From assembly GCA_963713045.1 (NCBI GenBank), contig CAVQKE010000004.1:896001-960000 (forward strand): DNA of 64,000 nt, written 5' to 3'. The notes below the pieces were generated by a model that worked only from the letters and a program-made list of their open reading frames with translations, had not been told where the DNA came from and searched no databases. A program made the translations under genes and the position numbers. This document shows, one piece after another, positions 58,912-64,000 of the stretch (position 1 is the stretch's first letter; every line of letters starts with the position of its first letter). The DNA comes from an uncultured delta proteobacterium (GTDB taxonomy: Bacteria > Myxococcota > Myxococcia > Myxococcales > Myxococcaceae).

Positions 58912-59375
58912 AGCCGCTTGCGCATCTCGACGTGCTCGATGCCGGCTTCCTCGAAGACCGGCCCCACCGGCTCATACCCATGGCCCCGGTAGAAGCCGAG
59001 GGCATGCAGCTGGGCATGCATCAGGATGCCCTGCAGCCCACGCCGCCGCGCTTCCGCCTCGAGGGCGGACAGCAGTCGACTGCCAACCCCTGCCTTTCGG
59101 TGGGCCTGAAGCACGGCCATTCTGCCAACATGGCCCCATTCCCCAGAATCGCCGGACACCGGGGCGGAGAGCGGCACCAAACGTCCGGTCCCCACGGCGT
59201 GCCCCCCTTGGAAGGCGAGAAGGTGGAAGGCGCGCGCGTCCTCTGCGTCCCTCTCAATGCCCTCCGGCACATGTTGCTCCTCGATGAAGACCACCTCGCG
59301 GATGGCGAGGGCTTGCATCAATTCCGCTTCATCGCGGACCGGGGAGATGGCGATGGGAGGGTCAGCTTCGGCCAT
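58908..59375 (-). CDS. GNAT acetyltransferase (ElaA/YjcF-like)
   Basis: IREVVFIEEQ, RKAGVG, HAQ..ALGFY and FEEAGIEHVEM. Confidence 0.88.
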   Translation of the reverse strand: MAEADPPIAISPVRDEAELMQALAIREVVFIEEQHVPEGIERDAEDARAFHLLAFQGGHAVGTGRLVPLSAPVSGDSGEWGHVGRMAVLQAHRKAGVGSRLLSALEAEARRRGLQGILMHAQLHALGFYRGHGYEPVGPVFEEAGIEHVEMRKRL

Positions 59376-59479
59376 TGCGGGCGCGGACCCTATGCGAGTC
59401 GGTCCACTCTGCACCAGCCCCCCAGAGAGGAGAGGGCGCGAAGTACAGCGGGCGTTCGAAACGAGGGGGCAGCCCGCCT

Positions 59480-59833
59480 CTAGCCCTTCCCCTTGTTTCC
59501 TTGGCCCGGCGCGAGGATGAGGAGGTCCCGTTTGCTTTCCACGTCCTTAAACGCTTCTGCCTCGGGCAAGGGGTCACGCTTCTCGGAGATGTTGGGCCAC
59601 TGCCGCGAGTACGTCTCGTTGATTTGCTTGTATTCCGCCCACTTCTCCGGAAGGTCTGCCTCCGGGAAAATGGCCTTCGTCGGACAGACCGGCTCGCACG
59701 CGCCGCAGTCGATGCATTCATCCGGGTGGATGACGAGGAAGTTTTCCCCCTCATAAAAACAGTTCACCGGGCACACCTCGACGCAGTCGGTGTACTTGCA
59801 CTTCACGCACGGCTCGGCGACGTAGTAGGCCAT
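59480..59833 (-). CDS. fdxA: 7Fe ferredoxin FdxA
   Basis: [18 protein letters not shown]...[13 protein letters not shown]. Confidence 0.95.
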   Translation of the reverse strand: MAYYVAEPCVKCKYTDCVEVCPVNCFYEGENFLVIHPDECIDCGACEPVCPTKAIFPEADLPEKWAEYKQINETYSRQWPNISEKRDPLPEAEAFKDVESKRDLLILAPGQGNKGKG

Positions 59834-59949
59834 TGTCTATTCTCCCGCTTAGTGCGACTGCTCGGGGGCGGACACTAGAGCACACCCAGGTCGGACGGCC
59901 GAGCGCTTACTGACCGGCCAACCGCGCTGCTGCCGATGGGAGCCATTCC

Positions 59950-61020
59950 TCAAAGCAGTCCCTGGCTTTTCGCCAACTCGGCCACCAGAACGGCGCCCCG
60001 GGCCGCTCCGAGTTTGGTGTTGTGCGAGACGAGGACAAACTTGACGCCGTTGGGGAGGACCGCGTCTTCGCGCAGCCGACCCACGCTGGTGGCCATGCCC
60101 CCGTGGGTCTCCCGGTCCAGCCGTGGCTGAGGGCGGTCGGGGGCCTCCAACAGCTCAATCCATCGCGGCGGCGTCGACGGCAAATCGCGCGCGGTGGCGT
60201 CCCCTCTCCATTCTTGAAGGGCCGCGCGCACTTCGTCCAAGGTGGCCGGACGCTGCAACGAGACGGAGACCGCCTCGGTGTGTCCCTCCAGCACTGCCAC
60301 CCGGGTGCAGGTGGCGGAGAGGCGCAAAGGGTGGGGTTGCACCTCCTCCTGCCCGGGAGCCCAGCGGCCGAGAATCTTCCGCGTCTCCACCTCCACCTTT
60401 CCCTCCTCCTTCGGGATGAAGGGCAGCACGTTGTCCAACACCTCCAGGGCGGCCACGCCCGGCGAGCGCCCCGCCCCCGACACCGCCTGCAGCGACGTCA
60501 TGACGACGCCCTGGACACCAAAGCGCTCGACCAGCGGGGCCAGACTGACCACCAATCCGGTGGTGGTGCAGTTGGGGATGGGGGCCAGGTAGCCACGAAA
60601 CCCCCGCGCGCGCTGGGTGCGCACCAGACCCAGGTGACCTCCATTGACGGGCGGAAGAAGAAGTGGAACGTCGCGTTCATAACGGAAGGCGCTGGCGGTG
60701 CTGAAGACCGGTATGGCCCGCGCCGCACGCGGCTCAAGCTCGCGGGCCACGTCCGACTCCACCGCTGAAAAGGCCAAGTCGAAGGCCGCCGGCTCCACCG
60801 CCGCCGGGTCCGCCAGCACCAGGGAGGCCACTGCCGCCGGGATGGGCCCAGCGAGAAACCAACCGCCTTCGGAGAGTGCCTCGCCATAACGCCGGCCAGC
60901 ATTGCGCGGCGAGGCTGCCACTGCCGTCAATTCAAACCAGGGGTGGGACTCCAGCGCGGACACGAATTGCTGGCCGGCGAGGCCGGTGGCACCGAAAAGG
61001 ACTGCGCGCAACTTGCCCAT
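59950..61020 (-). CDS. asd: Aspartate-semialdehyde dehydrogenase, archaeal/fungal-type
   Basis: [37 protein letters not shown] and SHNTKLGAA. Confidence 0.92.
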   Translation of the reverse strand: MGKLRAVLFGATGLAGQQFVSALESHPWFELTAVAASPRNAGRRYGEALSEGGWFLAGPIPAAVASLVLADPAAVEPAAFDLAFSAVESDVARELEPRAARAIPVFSTASAFRYERDVPLLLPPVNGGHLGLVRTQRARGFRGYLAPIPNCTTTGLVVSLAPLVERFGVQGVVMTSLQAVSGAGRSPGVAALEVLDNVLPFIPKEEGKVEVETRKILGRWAPGQEEVQPHPLRLSATCTRVAVLEGHTEAVSVSLQRPATLDEVRAALQEWRGDATARDLPSTPPRWIELLEAPDRPQPRLDRETHGGMATSVGRLREDAVLPNGVKFVLVSHNTKLGAARGAVLVAELAKSQGLL

Positions 61021-61451
61021 GTGAATGCGGTGAGTGCCATCGAGCGCCCGCTCCCGTCAATGCACAACTGCCGCCTTGACGACCCGGGACGGTGCTTTGG
61101 TGCCGAAAAGACGGCTTCCTCCTGCAGGGGGGAGCCCAGCACCCCAGCCAACTGCCTGTTCCTGAATCTCGCTGCGCGCTTCCAGCGCTGGCGCTACGAA
61201 GACCACTCTGCAGCGAACTCGATGGGTAGAGGGCGACGCTCAGCGCACGGATGTCGTTCAGCTCAGGGGAGGGCTTCTTGAGACGCCAAAGAGCGACGAG
61301 TGTCAGCATCCGCACGGCAACCATTGGCGGGCTTCCTCAGCACGCAGCGTGCCGCGCCGCGGCGTCCTGATTCTCTGCACTTCGACTGGGGGTCCCGGGG
61401 TCGCCAAAGGTGACCTGAGTGACTGTTGACCTGGGAGACAGCGTCGGTGCC

Positions 61452-61931
61452 TCAGACGAATAGTTCCGTCACCTCACCCTCAACGACCGGGAGAAGCCGC
61501 GAGTCTTCCAGAGCTGCTGTGCGATGCCCAATGCCCGCCAGGTACGCTTCATCAGCCCCGAAGGCCATGAAGGCGCTGACGCTTCGTTGGCGAATGAGCA
61601 TCACGGCGTCCCAACGTTCGTCACTCGGCCCGATGAGAAACGTTCCACCCTGCCCCAAGAAAACCATCTCGCCACCGGACTTTTCCAAGTGGGGAGCCGT
61701 GTGCTCGGCATACAGCCGATATGCAGCGGCACCGCTGATGGGGTTCTTGGGGGCGAGATTCGGTGTCGCCGAATAGTCGGCAACCTTCCGAAACCGCAGC
61801 AGGTTGAGGATGACAACGGTGCCTGAGATGTTGCGGTGGACCAGGGCGCGGCCCGACTCTTGGGTCGGTTGGAGGTATCGCTGGCGACCAGCCACTCCCG
61901 TCGTTCCTGCTAAGCTTCGCGGCTTCTTCAT
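61452..61931 (-). CDS. DUF1330-like dimeric alpha-beta barrel protein
   Basis: VILNLLRFR, SGAAAYRLY, WDAVMLI and HRTAALEDSRL. Start uncertain. Confidence 0.75.
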   Translation of the reverse strand: MKKPRSLAGTTGVAGRQRYLQPTQESGRALVHRNISGTVVILNLLRFRKVADYSATPNLAPKNPISGAAAYRLYAEHTAPHLEKSGGEMVFLGQGGTFLIGPSDERWDAVMLIRQRSVSAFMAFGADEAYLAGIGHRTAALEDSRLLPVVEGEVTELFV

Positions 61932-62053
61932 CTGAGCATCGCCTCCGAGACAAACCACAGCGTTTTGCAGCGGAGCTCCAGGTCAACCATCCCGAGCCTT
62001 CTCGGCCGCCGCTGCGTCGGCGTGTCACGGGTCGGCGTGTGTCCGTCTTGAGG

Positions 62054-62422
62054 CTACGTCGGCCCAATGACCTGCTGGAGAGCGGTCACGGTCGCTTCGG
62101 GCTCTGCCACGTCAACCACCAGTTCAGCATACCGATGGCCTTCGGTGGTGAGCGTTACAGCTTTCTCGCCCTTTCCCACAACATCCCAGAACGCCCATCG
62201 CCCGTCGGAACGGTAGGAACCCGCGGTGATGAGCCATGGGACAGCGGTTCCAGGCAGCCGCAGGCTGTGGCGGAGCCGCGTCCCGGCATCTGGCGTCACC
62301 CCAACCTGCACGCGCTTGAGCTGGCCCCTCGGTATTCGCACCTCGCGCTTAAACGCCCACAGCGCATGAAGGCCGCGCGGGCGGATGACCACTTCGGTTG
62401 GGGTGATGTCGACCGTGACCAT
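62054..62422 (-). CDS. Hypothetical protein (bacterial PH-like)
   Basis: 122-aa ORF with LRLPGT.VP.LITAGSY...WAFWDV and YAELVVDVAEP. Confidence 0.7.
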   Translation of the reverse strand: MVTVDITPTEVVIRPRGLHALWAFKREVRIPRGQLKRVQVGVTPDAGTRLRHSLRLPGTAVPWLITAGSYRSDGRWAFWDVVGKGEKAVTLTTEGHRYAELVVDVAEPEATVTALQQVIGPT

Positions 62423-62644
62423 CTGCTGAACCTAGCAGACGGGAAAAGGGGGCCCTCCGGTGGTCAACGACCAAAACACTTGGCTCGCCGCCGCACTGTT
62501 TCAACGCCAGCGACAAGGCGGTGCGAAAGGTTAGACACCTCAGCCCCGTTGGGCAGGGCGTCTCCGCTTTGACTTGCCCCTCGCTGACACGAAAGCTGAC
62601 TGTCCGGCTTCAATTCACGAGGGACCGCACAGGGAGTGTGACTT

Positions 62645-63020
62645 GTGAACTTCCGAGCGATGATGATTTTCGGTCGTCGCGGCGCTGCCTTTTGCGTTGG
62701 CCTTCGTGTTCGTCGCCAGGCTGGTGCTCGCCGTCTTTGGAATTGAGACGAACGTCGGCGGCATTTTCATCTCCCATGTCTTTGGGGCGTTGCTCCTCCT
62801 GGTCGGGCTCCTCTATTTCTTCGCCAGAGACACGAAGGACGCCGCGGCGCAGCGCGCCATCGTCCTTTCCTCTCTCGTTGGCGATGCAGTCGGCTTGGTC
62901 TTCGTCGTGTGGGCGATGCTCGACGGCGTCGCGAACGCGCTCGGCTGGGCCATCGTCGCTCTCTACCTCGCGCTGGTGCTTGGTTGGGGCTATTGGCTGT
63001 TCGCCAAACGAGCGGTTTAG
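62645..63020 (+). CDS. Small four-TM membrane protein, probable indel in the T run near 62668
   Basis: AGGGAG RBS then GTG 62645 (MNFRAMMI), which joins the hydrophobic frame of ORF 62697-63020 after one frame change. Confidence 0.6.
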
Positions 63021-63106
63021 AGGAGCCAGAGCTCTCACCCCGCCCCTCAGGCTGGAAGGCGGAGTCGCGTGAACGGGCAGGTCGACGCGATTCGACAGCG
63101 AGGTGG

Positions 63107-64000
63107 CTAGCCTCCCAGTCGAAGCCGAATGCCGCCATGAATGAACCTGGGCTGACCGACGGTGTCCACGCCCGCGCGTCCGACAAGGTATTGCGTATTG
63201 AAGAGGTTCTCGACGCCGACGTACAGGTCGAGCGTCGGGATGATGTGCCATGCCGCAAAGACATTGACGAGGAGTGCCTGTCCCATCGGCAGCGTGTTCA
63301 GGTCGTCCTCATACTCAAGCCCGATGTAGTTGAGCTGGATGCTGACGGTGAGGAATCGGGGGTCGTCGAAAGCCGCCGAAAGGTTGGCGCGCTGGCTCGG
63401 GTCTTGGGGCAATTGCTTGCCAACCAGCTGTGGATTCCCCGGCGCCGCGACGACCCTACTGTCCGCAAACGTGTACGCAGCGCCGATGTACCATCGTGGC
63501 GAGATGCGCCAGTCGAGGCTCGCTTCGAGCCCTGGAATGTTCGCCTGACCGAGATTCTTCTTTTGCGCGTTTGGCCCGATGCAAACCGTGCCCGGAGTCC
63601 CGGTTGGGGTTCCTGGAAATGAAGGACAGGTGACGTTGACGATGGGATTCTCGAGCGCGTTCCAGAAGCCGGTCACCCGGAGCACCAGCCCGGCAGGAAG
63701 TGTGAAATCGAGCCCGGCCTCCCCGCCCCACAAGGTTTCAGGGCCGAGGTATGCGTTTCCAAAGGTCTTGATGGTGCCCACCTGGAACGACCGATAAAGC
63801 TCGTCAAGTGTTGGAGCGCGGAAAGCCTTGTAGACCGCTGCTCGGAAAGTCAGCCAGGGGACGAGTCGCGCCCGCACCCCCAGCTTGGGGTCCAGTTGCC
63901 CATCCGTTCGGTTCAAATAGTCGAACGTCGGCAGAGTCGTCCCGCTCCCCAGAGTTTGGGAAAGGGTGCCCTGGGTGTTGGCCCAGTAGTCGTAGCGCAG
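63107..64000 (-). CDS. TonB-dependent receptor, C-terminal part (5'-partial)
   Basis: LRYD, PKLG, AFRAPTLDELY, L.PET, VENLFNTQY and the terminal PRFIHGGIRL box; frame open to the window edge. Confidence 0.92.
   Translation of the reverse strand: MRYDYWANTQGTLSQTLGSGTTLPTFDYLNRTDGQLDPKLGVRARLVPWLTFRAAVYKAFRAPTLDELYRSFQVGTIKTFGNAYLGPETLWGGEAGLDFTLPAGLVLRVTGFWNALENPIVNVTCPSFPGTPTGTPGTVCIGPNAQKKNLGQANIPGLEASLDWRISPRWYIGAAYTFADSRVVAAPGNPQLVGKQLPQDPSQRANLSAAFDDPRFLTVSIQLNYIGLEYEDDLNTLPMGQALLVNVFAAWHIIPTLDLYVGVENLFNTQYLVGRAGVDTVGQPRFIHGGIRLRLGG

Noticed and set aside
60932..61324. 130-aa ORF upstream of asd
   Set aside because: It overlaps asd, has no recognisable motif and no clear RBS.

Overview
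A GC-rich bacterial chromosome segment, most likely from a Myxococcota (myxobacterium), judging by cglB, an AgmX/PglI-type GYF-TonB_C protein, a pilY1-minor pilin cluster and a lidless DnaK paralogue. Left to right: a partial, very large pilY1 with fimU/pilV/pilW/pilX; msrC; a minus-strand run prkA-dCMP deaminase-double-domain ArsA/Get3-like ATPase-accA-hisC-cmk; a short Hsp70; an ECF42 sigma module with two DGPF/YciI genes and its promoter; an Ig-repeat/propeller lipoprotein; an orphan clpX with two uncharacterised upstream genes; truA; and a sulfur-relay-like cluster (MoeB E1, TusA, ThiF-like/JAB fusion, APS kinase, LarE, small barrel protein, RHH). Next come the core tRNA(Thr,Tyr,Gly,Thr)-tuf-rpmG-tRNA(Trp)-secE-nusG-rplKAJL-rpoBC locus, thrABC, dsrE-cglB-rimK-rlmB, HAD, hrpB, a GT28 glycosyltransferase, a GNAT, fdxA, an archaeal/fungal-type asd, small accessory genes and the end of a TonB-dependent receptor. 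rpoB, secE, rpmG and tuf carry many indels, most likely long-read or polishing errors. tuf and rpmG also look phylogenetically foreign and a partial second tRNA-Thr sits beside tuf. The best candidates for undescribed biology are the sulfur-relay/LarE cluster and the asymmetric Get3-like ATPase. No CRISPR array, rRNA or transposase was seen. All family calls come from motif recognition by eye, not database searches.
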